This document shows positions 10,771-19,049 of a DNA stretch of 32,000 nucleotides, piece by piece. The stretch spans positions 1,680,001 through 1,712,000 of the forward strand of contig NZ_CP011041.1 in assembly GCF_002310835.1 (NCBI RefSeq), given 5' to 3'. The notes beneath the pieces are model-generated. The model was not told the origin of the DNA and made no database searches. It saw only the letters and a program-made list of their open reading frames with translations. Each line of letters opens with the position of its first letter. The stretch's first letter is position 1. Made by a program: the position numbers and the translations under genes. This DNA is from Pseudoalteromonas tetraodonis (GTDB taxonomy: Bacteria > Pseudomonadota > Gammaproteobacteria > Enterobacterales > Alteromonadaceae).

Positions 10771-10840
10771 CTAATAATAAAGCCGCAGCAACTATAACAA
10801 AAACGCTGCGGTACCCAATTTAATCAATAGGATTTTAATT

Positions 10841-12331
10841 ATGCACCAAGTACCCTTACTCATTAACGGCGAATTTATTCAATCAACTTCAAATGAATTA
10901 ATTGATGTTGTAAATCCTGCTAATCAAGAAGTGTTAGCGCAAGTACCTTGTGCTACAGACGCTGAAATGGACGCGGCTATTGCCTCTGCCAGCGAAACGT
11001 TTAAAACGTGGAAAGACGTACCAATTACAGAACGTGCGCGCATTATGATGAAATACGCGGCGCTGTTAAAAGAAAACCATGACGAACTAGCCACTATTAT
11101 TTGTCATGAATTAGGTAAAACATTTGAAGATGCAAAAGGCGATGTGTGGCGTGGTATTGAAGTAGTCGAGCAAGCTGCTAATGCACCATCATTAATGATG
11201 GGCGAGACGATGGAAAACGTAGCGCGTAAAATCGATACCTATTCATATATGCAGCCACTAGGTGTATGTGCAGGTATTACCCCATTTAATTTTCCGGCCA
11301 TGATCCCACTTTGGATGTTCCCACTGGCAATTGTGTGTGGTAACACCTTTATTTTAAAACCGTCTGAGCAAGACCCACTTACGCCAATGCGTTTAGCTGA
11401 GCTATTTATTGAAGCGGGTGCACCAAAGGGTGTTTTACAAGTTGTGCACGGTACAAAACCACAAGTAGACCGTTTATTAGAAGACAAAGCGGTTCGCGCT
11501 ATTTCATTTGTAGGTTCATGTGGCGTAGGTGCATACATTTATTCTAAAGGCACACAACATCTAAAACGTGTGCAAGCCTGTGTGGGCGCTAAAAACCACA
11601 TGGTAATTATGCCTGATGCAAGCAAGTCTCACGTAGTTAATAACTTAGTAGGCGCATCGGTTGGTGCGGCAGGCCAGCGTTGTATGGGTATTTCAGTGGC
11701 GGTATTTGTTGGCCAAGCAAAAGACTGGGTTGATGAAATTAAAGCTGGCTTTGAAGGTGTACGCCCAGGTGTATGGGATGATGCAGACGCTGCATATGGT
11801 CCGCAAACATCACCAGCTGCAAAAGCGCGTATTTTATCATTGATTGCCGATGGTAAAGCGCAAGGCGCAACCTGTTTAATTGATGGCTCTGACTTTACTG
11901 TTGAAGGGTTTGAGCAAGGTAACTGGATAGGCCCAACGTTATTTACTGATGTAACCAAAGAGATGAACTTGTACAAAGAAGAGATTTTTGGCCCAGTACT
12001 GGCGTGTATGTTTGTAGATACGCTTGAAGAAGCCATCGCCCTTATTAACGAAAGCCCTTACGGTAACGGTACCTCATTATTTACATCAAGTGGTGCAGCT
12101 GCACGTAAGTTCCAACACGAAATTGAAGTGGGTCAAGTGGGTATTAATGTGCCTATTCCTGTGCCACTGCCATTTTTCTCGTTCACGGGTTGGAAAGGCT
12201 CATTCTACGGCGATACTCACACCTATGGTAAACAAGGTATTCGTTTTTACACAGAAACTAAAACTATTACCTCTCGTTGGTTTGAGGATGACATTGCCTC
12301 AGGTCCAAACATGAGTATTAATCTTAAATAA
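10841..12331 (+). CDS. mmsA: Methylmalonate-semialdehyde dehydrogenase (CoA-acylating)
   Basis: 496 aa in the ALDH family, with the MmsA-typical N-terminus [10 protein letters not shown] and the catalytic region GQRCMGISV. Confidence 0.94.
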   Translation: MHQVPLLINGEFIQSTSNELIDVVNPANQEVLAQVPCATDAEMDAAIASASETFKTWKDVPITERARIMMKYAALLKENHDELATIICHELGKTFEDAKGDVWRGIEVVEQAANAPSLMMGETMENVARKIDTYSYMQPLGVCAGITPFNFPAMIPLWMFPLAIVCGNTFILKPSEQDPLTPMRLAELFIEAGAPKGVLQVVHGTKPQVDRLLEDKAVRAISFVGSCGVGAYIYSKGTQHLKRVQACVGAKNHMVIMPDASKSHVVNNLVGASVGAAGQRCMGISVAVFVGQAKDWVDEIKAGFEGVRPGVWDDADAAYGPQTSPAAKARILSLIADGKAQGATCLIDGSDFTVEGFEQGNWIGPTLFTDVTKEMNLYKEEIFGPVLACMFVDTLEEAIALINESPYGNGTSLFTSSGAAARKFQHEIEVGQVGINVPIPVPLPFFSFTGWKGSFYGDTHTYGKQGIRFYTETKTITSRWFEDDIASGPNMSINLK

Positions 12332-12357
12332 TATTGCACTGAATAATTAATAAAAAA

Positions 12358-12389
12358 GAGGGGCACAACACACAGTGTTGTCGCTCCTC
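12358..12389 (+). other. Strong intra-operon hairpin between mmsA and the acyl-CoA dehydrogenase gene (no U-tract)
   Basis: GAGGGGCACAACAC-aca-GTGTTGTCGCTCCTC forms a 7+7 bp stem with one bulged C. It lies 27 nt after the mmsA stop and is followed by ACTAATTAC rather than a T run. Confidence 0.35.
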
Positions 12390-12451
12390 ACTAATTACTC
12401 CCGTTATGGGATGCTTTGACAACAAACAAAACACACTTAAAGAGGTCTACC

Positions 12452-13609
12452 ATGGACTTTAACTTATCTGAAGATCAACAAGCCTTTGCGCAAACCGCTC
12501 GCCAATTCGCAGAGTCTGAACTAGCACCACACGCTGCCAAGTGGGATCGCGAACATATTTTTCCTAAAGACACAATAAAAGCCGCTGGTGAGCTAGGTTT
12601 TTGTGGTTTATACACCCCAGAAGAAGCCGGTGGCTTAGGTTTATCTCGCTTAGATTCAAGCATTATTTTTGAACAGCTGGCGATGGGCTGTACCGCAACA
12701 ACGGCTATGTTAACTATTCATAATATGGCAACCTGGATGATAGCCAGTTTTGCGACCGATATCGTAAAAGAGCAATACGTTGAACAATTAGTAATGGGTG
12801 AATTACTTGCATCGTACTGTTTAACTGAGCCAGGCTCGGGTTCTGATGCTGCGTCATTAAAAACTAAAGCAGTGCGTGACGGTGATGAGTATGTTATTAA
12901 CGGCTCAAAAATGTTTATTTCAGGCGCCGGTGAAACAGAAATTCTAGTGGTCATGGCGCGTACGGGAGCCGATGGCCCTGGTGGTATTTCGGCTTTTGTT
13001 GTACCTGCAGATGCATCAGGTGTTGAATACGGTAAAGCAGAAGAAAAAATGGGGTGGAATGCACAGCCCACACGTTTAATTAGCTTTGAAGATGTGCGTA
13101 TTCCAGCCGCAAACTTATTAGGCCAAGAAGGTGAAGGCTTTAAATTCGCCATGCAAGGTTTAGACGGCGGCCGTATTAATATTGCCACTTGCTCTATTGG
13201 TACAGCCCAAGCGGCACTTAATACGGCCCGTGAGTATTTAAAAGAGCGTACCCAATTTGGTAAGCCATTGGCTGCGTTTCAAGCGCTACAGTTTAAAATT
13301 GCCGATATGAATACCGAGCTTGTAGCAGCACGCCAAATGGTGCGCTTAGCGGCGTTTAAACTCGATACTAACGACAGTGAAAAAACCACTTATTGCGCCA
13401 TGGCTAAACGTTTTGCCACCGATGTTGGTTTTACCGTGTGTAATGACGCGCTGCAAATTCACGGTGGCTACGGTTACATAAAAGAATACCCGCTTGAGCG
13501 CCATGTTAGAGATGTACGTGTTCATCAAATTCTTGAGGGCACTAACGAAATTATGCGTGTGATTATTGCGCGTCGTATTTTAGCCGAATCAGCCAGCGAA
13601 GTTTTATAA
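12452..13609 (+). CDS. Short/branched-chain acyl-CoA dehydrogenase (isobutyryl-/2-methylbutyryl-CoA dehydrogenase; ivdC)
   Basis: It has the ACAD fold (CLTEPGSGSDAASLKT, QIHGGYGYIKEYPLERHVRDVRVHQILEGTNEIMR). The ATG at 12452 (MDFNLSEDQQ) follows an AGAGG Shine-Dalgarno. The track's upstream TTG start at 12416 is unlikely. Confidence 0.9.
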   Translation: MDFNLSEDQQAFAQTARQFAESELAPHAAKWDREHIFPKDTIKAAGELGFCGLYTPEEAGGLGLSRLDSSIIFEQLAMGCTATTAMLTIHNMATWMIASFATDIVKEQYVEQLVMGELLASYCLTEPGSGSDAASLKTKAVRDGDEYVINGSKMFISGAGETEILVVMARTGADGPGGISAFVVPADASGVEYGKAEEKMGWNAQPTRLISFEDVRIPAANLLGQEGEGFKFAMQGLDGGRINIATCSIGTAQAALNTAREYLKERTQFGKPLAAFQALQFKIADMNTELVAARQMVRLAAFKLDTNDSEKTTYCAMAKRFATDVGFTVCNDALQIHGGYGYIKEYPLERHVRDVRVHQILEGTNEIMRVIIARRILAESASEVL

Positions 13610-13619
13610 GGAGATTAGT

Positions 13620-14399
13620 ATGTCAAATCCTAGCATTGAGTTAACTATTGAAGGCCATGTAGCTATTTTAACCATGTCGAATCCGCCAGCGAATACCTGG
13701 ACGAAAGACACCTTAGTGGCGCTTAAAGACACGGTTAACCAATTAAATACCAATAAAAATATTTATGCGTTAGTACTGACTGGTGAAGGCGAGAAGTTCT
13801 TTAGCGCCGGTGCCGACCTAAATGTATTTGCCAGTGGCGATAAAGGTGTAGCTGCAGATATGTCACGTGTATTTGGTGAAGCGTTTGAAGCGCTAACTAA
13901 TTTTAGAGGTGTGTCGGTTGCAGCCATTAATGGCTATGCAATGGGTGGCGGCCTTGAAGTAGCGCTTGCTTGTGATATTCGTATTGCAGAAGAGCAAGCA
14001 CAAATGGCGTTACCTGAAGCAAAAGTGGGTTTATTACCGTGTGCTGGTGGAACGCAAAACTTAGCATGGCTTGTTGGCGAGGGCTGGGCAAAACGCATGA
14101 TTTTATGCGGTGAGCGCTTAAAAGCCGATAAAGCCCTACAAATTGGCTTAGTGGAAGAAGTGGTTGCACAAGGTGAAAGCTTTGCCGCAGCATTAAAACT
14201 GGCAAACCAAGTAGCAGAGCAAAGTCCATCGTCGGTTGCTGCATGTAAAACCTTGATTCAAAAAGGGCGTCATCAACCAATGGCGAATACATTGCCACTG
14301 GAGCGTGAACTGTTTGTTGGTTTATTTGATACCGAAGATCAGCAAGAGGGCGTGAACGCCTTTTTAGAAAAACGTAAAGCTATTTGGGTGAATGGCTAA
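13620..14399 (+). CDS. Enoyl-CoA hydratase (methacrylyl-CoA hydratase; ivdD)
   Basis: 259 aa crotonase with FFSAGADLNVF and GYAMGGGLEVALACDIRIA. The stop overlaps the next start (TAATG). Confidence 0.9.
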   Translation: MSNPSIELTIEGHVAILTMSNPPANTWTKDTLVALKDTVNQLNTNKNIYALVLTGEGEKFFSAGADLNVFASGDKGVAADMSRVFGEAFEALTNFRGVSVAAINGYAMGGGLEVALACDIRIAEEQAQMALPEAKVGLLPCAGGTQNLAWLVGEGWAKRMILCGERLKADKALQIGLVEEVVAQGESFAAALKLANQVAEQSPSSVAACKTLIQKGRHQPMANTLPLERELFVGLFDTEDQQEGVNAFLEKRKAIWVNG

Positions 14400-15556
14400 T
14401 GACAGAACTTACTCGTTTAAATTCAGCTGATGCTGCCGTGGTATTTGAAACAGCAACCACAGACAATGGCCGACTCATTGGTTTTGCAACCTTAAATGCG
14501 CCTAAATCGTTAAATGCCCTTAATTTTGAAATGATCAGCTTACTCGAGCCGCAACTACAGCAATGGGACAAAGACGATAACATTGCATTAGTGGTTCTTA
14601 AAGGCACTGGTGAAAAAGCATTTTGTGCCGGTGGCGATGTAGTGAGCTTACACAAAGCAATGAGTGAGGGAAAACCGAGCTCACTGGTTGAAGAATTTTT
14701 TACTCAAGAGTATCAGCTCGATTACCTAATTCACTGTTACAACAAACCCATTTTAGTGTGGGGTAACGGGATTGTAATGGGCGGCGGTTTAGGTTTAATG
14801 GCCGGTGCCAGTCATCGCGTAGTGACTGAAACATCACGCATTGCTATGCCAGAGCAAACCATTGGTCTTTACCCTGATGTAGGTGGCAGTTATTTTTTAC
14901 ATAAAATGCCTGCGCATGTTGGTTTGTTTTTAGGGCTGACCTCGGCATCAATAAATTGTGAAGACGCTAAGCTTGTATCGCTTGCCGATCACTTTGTAAA
15001 TGCCGATAAATACCCAGAGCTTGTTGAAGCGTTACTCAATACTAAATGGGGTAAAACAGCAAGTTTAAACCACGACAAGCTAAGTAACTTGCTTATTGAG
15101 TTAGATAACAACTCTAGCCGTATGCCTAAAGGCAATTTAAAAGCCAACTTATCGCTAATTCAAAAGTTAGGCGACTTTGACACCTTACAGCAGCAGGTAG
15201 ATTACATTTTAAACCTAACCACAGATGACAAATGGCTACAACGTGCACAAAAATCGTTGGCGCATGGTTGCCCTTTAAGTTGTGCCTTAGTAAGTGAGCA
15301 GCTCAAACATAGCAAAGGTAAAAACTTAGCTGAGTGTTTTAAAATGGAATTGGGCATGTCGGTTCGTGCCGGTGAAGTGGGCGAGTTTCAAGAAGGTGTA
15401 CGTGCCTTACTAATCGATAAAGATGGTGCGCCACAGTGGCAGTTTAAATCGTTAGCTGATGTACCAAAAGAAGTAGTAGAGAGCTTTTTTGCAAACCGCT
15501 TTGGCGAGCAACATCCGCTAGAGCCGTACTTTTCACAACTAAATTTACAAGGGTAA
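14399..15556 (+). CDS. 3-Hydroxyisobutyryl-CoA hydrolase (ivdE)
   Basis: About 385 aa of the ECH_2-type crotonase family (AFCAGGDV, GIVMGGGLGLMAGASHRVVTE, EGVRALLIDKD). The ATG at 14399 overlaps the upstream stop, which fits translational coupling. The track start at 14384 would overlap more. Confidence 0.85.
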   Translation: MTELTRLNSADAAVVFETATTDNGRLIGFATLNAPKSLNALNFEMISLLEPQLQQWDKDDNIALVVLKGTGEKAFCAGGDVVSLHKAMSEGKPSSLVEEFFTQEYQLDYLIHCYNKPILVWGNGIVMGGGLGLMAGASHRVVTETSRIAMPEQTIGLYPDVGGSYFLHKMPAHVGLFLGLTSASINCEDAKLVSLADHFVNADKYPELVEALLNTKWGKTASLNHDKLSNLLIELDNNSSRMPKGNLKANLSLIQKLGDFDTLQQQVDYILNLTTDDKWLQRAQKSLAHGCPLSCALVSEQLKHSKGKNLAECFKMELGMSVRAGEVGEFQEGVRALLIDKDGAPQWQFKSLADVPKEVVESFFANRFGEQHPLEPYFSQLNLQG

Positions 15557-15560
15557 AGCG

Positions 15561-16460
15561 ATGAGTAAACTTAATATAGGATTTATTGGTTTAGGAAACA
15601 TGGGCGGCCCAATGGCAGCAAACTTAGTTAAAGCAGGCCACAGTGTGCGCGTGTTTGACTTAAGTGCAGAGGCCGTGAAAGAGCTTGTGAATCATGGGGC
15701 TAGTGCGGCGCAAAGCGCCAGTGACTGTGCTCACGAGGCTGATGTGCTAATTAGCATGCTACCGGCAAGCAAACATGTTAAATCACTTTATTTAGGCACA
15801 GACGAGCAATCGGGTTTAATTAAAGTACTGAGTAAAAGTACCTTAGTGATTGATTGTTCAACTATAGATGCACAATCAGCACGTGACGTTGGCCATGCCC
15901 TAAGTGAGCAAGGTATTGCGTTTGTTGATGCACCGGTATCGGGTGGTGTAGCAGGTGCAACAGCAGGAACGCTTACGTTTATCGTTGGTGGTGAGCAAGC
16001 TGCATTCGATAAAGCCAATACTGTATTAGTCGATATGGGTAAAAACATATTCCATGCTGGTGATATTGGTGCTGGGCAAGTTGCCAAAATATGTAACAAT
16101 ATGCTGTTGAGTATTTTAATGGCAGGCACCAGTGAAGCCATTCAAATGGGCATTAATAACGGCCTCGACGCAAAAGTACTCAGCGACATAATGAGCGCAA
16201 GTTCGGGTCGTAACTGGACGTTAGAACTTTATAACCCCTGCCCAGGTGTTATGGAAACCGCACCAGCTAGTAACGACTATAAACCCGGCTTTATGGTTGA
16301 TTTAATGGCTAAAGATTTAGGCCTTGCTATGGAAGCGGCGCAACAAAGTAATTCACTGACGCCAATGGGCTCAATGGCTAAAAATTTATACACTATGATG
16401 CAGCACCAAGGTGCAGGCAGTGATGATTTTAGTGCCATTTTTAAATTGTTTTCGAAGTAG
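15561..16460 (+). CDS. mmsB: 3-Hydroxyisobutyrate dehydrogenase
   Basis: 299 aa. It has the N-terminal Rossmann motif IGFIGLGNMGGPMAANL, then DAPVSGG and GAGQVAKICNN, typical of HIBADH. Confidence 0.92.
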   Translation: MSKLNIGFIGLGNMGGPMAANLVKAGHSVRVFDLSAEAVKELVNHGASAAQSASDCAHEADVLISMLPASKHVKSLYLGTDEQSGLIKVLSKSTLVIDCSTIDAQSARDVGHALSEQGIAFVDAPVSGGVAGATAGTLTFIVGGEQAAFDKANTVLVDMGKNIFHAGDIGAGQVAKICNNMLLSILMAGTSEAIQMGINNGLDAKVLSDIMSASSGRNWTLELYNPCPGVMETAPASNDYKPGFMVDLMAKDLGLAMEAAQQSNSLTPMGSMAKNLYTMMQHQGAGSDDFSAIFKLFSK

Positions 16461-16469
16461 GAAAGTATT

Positions 16470-17240
16470 GTGGAAATAAAAAATAATACCGTAGTTATTA
16501 CCGGTGGCGCACAAGGCTTAGGTTTTGCAATGGCGCAAAAGTTTGCCTTAATGGGCGCTAATATTGCCTTAATTGATATGGCGCAAGCCCAATTAAATGA
16601 AGCAACCGAGCAACTATCTGCATTAGCAGGCGTAACAGGCACTATTAAAGGCTACAGCGCCAATGTAACCGTTGAGAGCGAAGTTGAAGACGTTTTTAAT
16701 ACTATTAACAGTGACTTTGGCCACATTGGGGTATTAATTAATAACGCCGGCATTTTACGCGATGGTATGTTTATAAAAGCCAAAGACGGCAAAGTGGTTA
16801 AAAAAATGTCGCTTGAACAATTTCAATCAGTGATTGACGTTAACCTAACAGGTGTATTTTTAGCAGGGCGCGAAGCTGCAAGCCACATGATTGAATCAGG
16901 CAAAGGTGGCGTAATTGTAAATATGTCGAGCGTAGCGCGTGCGGGTAATATTGGCCAAACTAACTATGCTGCCTCAAAAGCCGGTGTTGTGGCACTAACC
17001 ACTACATGGGCTAAAGAGCTTGGCCGTTTTGGTATTCGCGTTGGCGCCATTGCCCCAGGTGTTATTAGCACCGCAATGACCGATGTAATGAAGCCCGAAG
17101 CAAAACAACGCATGCTTGCTGTAACGCCCGTAGGGCGCTTAGGTGAAACCGCTGAAATAGCCCATACCGCACAGTATATTATCGAAAACGACTTTTTTAC
17201 TGGCCGTGTAGTAGAGATAGACGGCGGTATTCGTTTGTAA
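16470..17240 (+). CDS. SDR-family oxidoreductase (probable 3-hydroxy-2-methylbutyryl-CoA / 3-hydroxyacyl-CoA dehydrogenase; ivdG)
   Basis: 256 aa classical SDR with a GTG start. It carries TGGAQGLG, NNAG and the YAASK catalytic motif. It is the last gene of the operon, followed by a terminator. Confidence 0.85.
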   Translation: MEIKNNTVVITGGAQGLGFAMAQKFALMGANIALIDMAQAQLNEATEQLSALAGVTGTIKGYSANVTVESEVEDVFNTINSDFGHIGVLINNAGILRDGMFIKAKDGKVVKKMSLEQFQSVIDVNLTGVFLAGREAASHMIESGKGGVIVNMSSVARAGNIGQTNYAASKAGVVALTTTWAKELGRFGIRVGAIAPGVISTAMTDVMKPEAKQRMLAVTPVGRLGETAEIAHTAQYIIENDFFTGRVVEIDGGIRL

Positions 17241-17275
17241 ACTAATGTTTATAAACGTATGAGTGTTAGTTGATT

Positions 17276-17310
17276 AAAAAGCACAGCCTTTTGGGTTGTG
17301 CTTTTTTTGT
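17276..17310 (+). terminator. Rho-independent terminator of the valine/isoleucine operon
   Basis: AAAAAGCACAGCC-tttt-GGGTTGTGC is followed by TTTTTTTG. It lies 36 nt after the SDR stop. Confidence 0.75.
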
Positions 17311-17346
17311 TTTAAGTCGGACATTTATAATTTTGAAAAAGGGCTG

Positions 17347-17779
17347 ATGTATCCGTAAACGTAGTACCTCCATTAATCGCATACCACTGCCATAAAGTAA
17401 TCCACAGGGTAAATAATGCTTCGCAGAGCACACTTTAAAAAATTGTTTATTTCTTGTTGCGTTAAAACTACCGGTAGTTTAGTTGCTCGTTTACCCTTAA
17501 TAAAACCTAATGATAATGAGAGTGGCTTTTTAATCACTTCTTTAAATAAAAAGTTAAACGCATTTAAGGCTTGTGATTGAGTATTAGAAGCAACATTTTG
17601 TTGGTTGACTAAATGATTTAAAAAAGTTCGACCTCATTATCTCACATCGTTGTAGGGTGCCTCATAGAGTTAAAACGAATAAACGAAGCTATCCAGTATA
17701 AATAAGCTTTAACGGTACTTTTAGCATAACGCTTTAGATACATTTGTTCGGCTATCATAGTTAAAAAAGGTGATTTCAT
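17347..17779 (-). pseudogene. intI: Integron integrase (IntI) remnant. Only the N-terminal ~145 codons remain, with an in-frame TGA, at least two frameshifts and a 3' truncation.
   Basis: The minus-strand translation from the ATG (complement of 17777-17779) reads as follows.
- First segment: MKSPFLTMIAEQMYLKRYAKSTVKAYLYWIASFIRFNSMRHPTTM*DNEVELF.
- After a -1 shift in a T6 run: LNHLVNQQNVASNTQSQALNAFNFLFKEVIKKPLSLSLGFIKGKRATKLPVVLTQQEINNFLK.
- After a second shift: LPCGLLYGSGMRLMEVLRLRI.
Similarity stops at about 17347. The pattern matches my recollection of VchIntIA (MKSQFL..YAKKTIEAYLHWI..HP..MGDKEVEEFL..VA.KTQS.ALN..FLYKE..K.PLSL...KLPVVLT..LLYGSGLRLME..RLR). No ORF of this locus appears in the track. 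Confidence 0.8.
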
Positions 17780-18006
17780 GACATGAATCTTTAGTAAAAA
17801 AGCAACTGTATATATGGACAGTGTTTATCGTCTTGTCCAATATTACTGATCTCCACCATTTTGGTGTATTTCTAAATTAAAGAAAAAAACTTAAAGTTAA
17901 CTAATTATTTACAGGTGTTTATTAGATGGTTAAGATAAATGTATTGTAATATATGGACATTTGTTGGTTTATAAAGCGACAAATGTCGTAGACAAAATTG
18001 TTAAGT
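17780..18006 (+). other. attI-like region upstream of intI, ending in a GTTRRRY core (GTTAAGT, 18000-18006)
   Basis: This is a non-coding AT-rich stretch between the intI start and the first cassette ORF.
- The 11-mer ATATATGGACA occurs at 17810-17820 and 17949-17959.
- An inverted near-copy TGTCCAATATT lies at 17834-17844.
- A hairpin GACATTTGT / ACAAATGTC spans 17956-17987.
- The core GTTAAGT sits 26 nt before the cassette ORF start. Confidence 0.4.
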
Positions 18007-18031
18007 TGCACACACATATGGAGTAGTAAAA

Positions 18032-18307
18032 TTGGAAGTTTTGAAAGATGTAGTTTTAGAATGGGCACTTTGGATTGACGTAATTGCACTTGTACTAATA
18101 GCATTAACTAGATTTTTCTCAAATACGAAATCTAGTTGGGCGGGTGTTGGCTGTATTTTAATTGTAATAGCACTTGGTAATGCTATTTCGTTAGTTAGCG
18201 TTGGTATTAACCCTACAGAACATATTGCTTCGTTATTTGGTTTAGCAGTGTTGGGATCATTAGGAGTTAGATTATTTAGTAATTGGCTCACTGATGGAGC
18301 AACTTAA
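18032..18307 (+). CDS. Integron cassette ORF: 91-aa small integral membrane protein (three predicted TM helices), function unknown
   Basis: It has a TTG start preceded by GGAG (18020-18023). Three hydrophobic segments are visible: WALWIDVIALVLIALTRFF, GVGCILIVIALGNAISLVSVGI and IASLFGLAVLGSLGVRLF. The stop TAA (18305-18307) lies inside the attC R'' box, a common cassette arrangement. Confidence 0.55.
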   Translation: MEVLKDVVLEWALWIDVIALVLIALTRFFSNTKSSWAGVGCILIVIALGNAISLVSVGINPTEHIASLFGLAVLGSLGVRLFSNWLTDGAT

Positions 18308-18408
18308 CAAGGCAAATCACGCGGAGGGCTAAAGCTGTCGCATTTTTTGCTAAAAACCAAAGGCGCAAAAAATGCGCCAGCACGCCGCCAGTGTTTGCGG
18401 CGTTGAGT
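18302..18408 (+). repeat. attC-like recombination site (107-bp imperfect palindrome)
   Basis: - R'' is ACTTAAC (18302-18308), which fits RYYYAAC.
- R' is GTTGAGT (18402-18408), which fits GTTRRRY.
- The arms CTTAACAAGGCAAATCAC and GTGTTTGCGGCGTTGAG pair imperfectly with extrahelical bases.
- The central stem is GCATTTTTTGC / GCAAAAAATGC.
- The 5' part (TAACAAGGC...GAGGGCT..GCTGTC) resembles Vibrio VCR repeats as I remember them. Confidence 0.6.
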
Positions 18409-18420
18409 AAATAAATAAAC

Positions 18421-18438
18421 TGACACCCACTCTAATTT
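18421..18438. repeat. Left terminal inverted repeat of the Y1-transposase element
   Basis: TGACACCCACTCTAATTT. Its reverse-complement partner is at 19789-19806. Confidence 0.7.
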
Positions 18439-18710
18439 TTGCAGTTTGGCGAACTAAGTACTAGGCTTTAATCAGTGTGAAAAAAGCTGGGTGTCTTATG
18501 GCAATCGCAAGAAAGCGTCAAGTAAGCTTGGTTGATACAAAGTATTATCACTGTATTTCACGTTGCGTTCGTCGTGCTTTCTTGTGCGGTGAAGACCATT
18601 TTATTGGTCAATCGTATGAGCATCGCAGAAGGGTGGGTTGAAGATAAGTTACTCGCACTAACCAAGGTATTTTGTATTGACGTATGTGCTTATGCTGTTA
18701 TGAGTAACCA

Positions 18711-18778
18711 GCAAAATGTCGGAACATTTTACAACAGCGCAGCTGGCCCGGAGGGCGGAAGGCAGGATGCCTGAAGTA
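18711..18778 (-). repeat. ~68-nt structured repeat (MITE/REP-like), copy 1, inserted inside the HUH motif of the transposase
   Basis: Removing it restores AAC CAC ACG CAT TTA GTG (N-H-T-H-L-V). It contains the hairpins AAAATG/CATTTT, GCCC/GGGC and AGGCA/TGCCT. Its reverse complement aligns with copy 2: CATCC(A)TG, CCCTYCGGGC, then a terminal A/T hairpin. Confidence 0.6.
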
Positions 18779-19049
18779 CACGCATTTAGTGTTGTATGTA
18801 GATGATAAGAAAGCTAATAGGTTAAATGATAAAGCGATTGTTATTCGCTGGCACAAGCTGTGCAAAGGCACCGTACTTACGCAAAAGTACATACAAGGCG
18901 AAAAGCTAAGCAAAGCCGAACTTTTCTTTTTTAATCAAACAGTAAAGGAATACCGAGAGCGCTTATCAAGTATTAGCTGGTTTATGCGGTCGTTAAATGA
19001 AGACATTGCGCGCAGAGCAAATAAAGAAGATAACTGCACTGGCAGGTTT

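Noticed and set aside
10771-10840. Hairpin CCGCAGC-N15-GCTGCGG between the thiolase gene and mmsA as a terminator
   Set aside because: It has a 7-bp stem with a 15-nt loop and no U-tract, inside an evident operon. That is too weak to call.
11629-12036. Long antisense ORFs inside strong CDSs. Examples: 11629-12036 (-), 11239-11538 (-), 12718-13188 (-), 13927-14298 (-), 14380-14655 (-), 15788-16141 (-), 16277-16642 (-), 10077-10412 (-), 7257-7610 (+), 3053-3328 (+), 21295-21690 (-), 23657-23959 (+).
   Set aside because: Each lies entirely within, and antisense to or out of frame with, a gene that has unmistakable family motifs. Their translations are low-complexity (Ser/Pro/Ala/Thr-rich) shadow-ORF sequences with no start context.
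17922-18291. Minus-strand ORFs 17922-18104 (60 aa) and 18001-18291 (96 aa)
   Set aside because: They are antisense to the cassette ORF or lie in the attI region. They lack a Shine-Dalgarno and run against the orientation expected for integron cassettes. I keep a caveat that the coding strand of the cassette should be verified.
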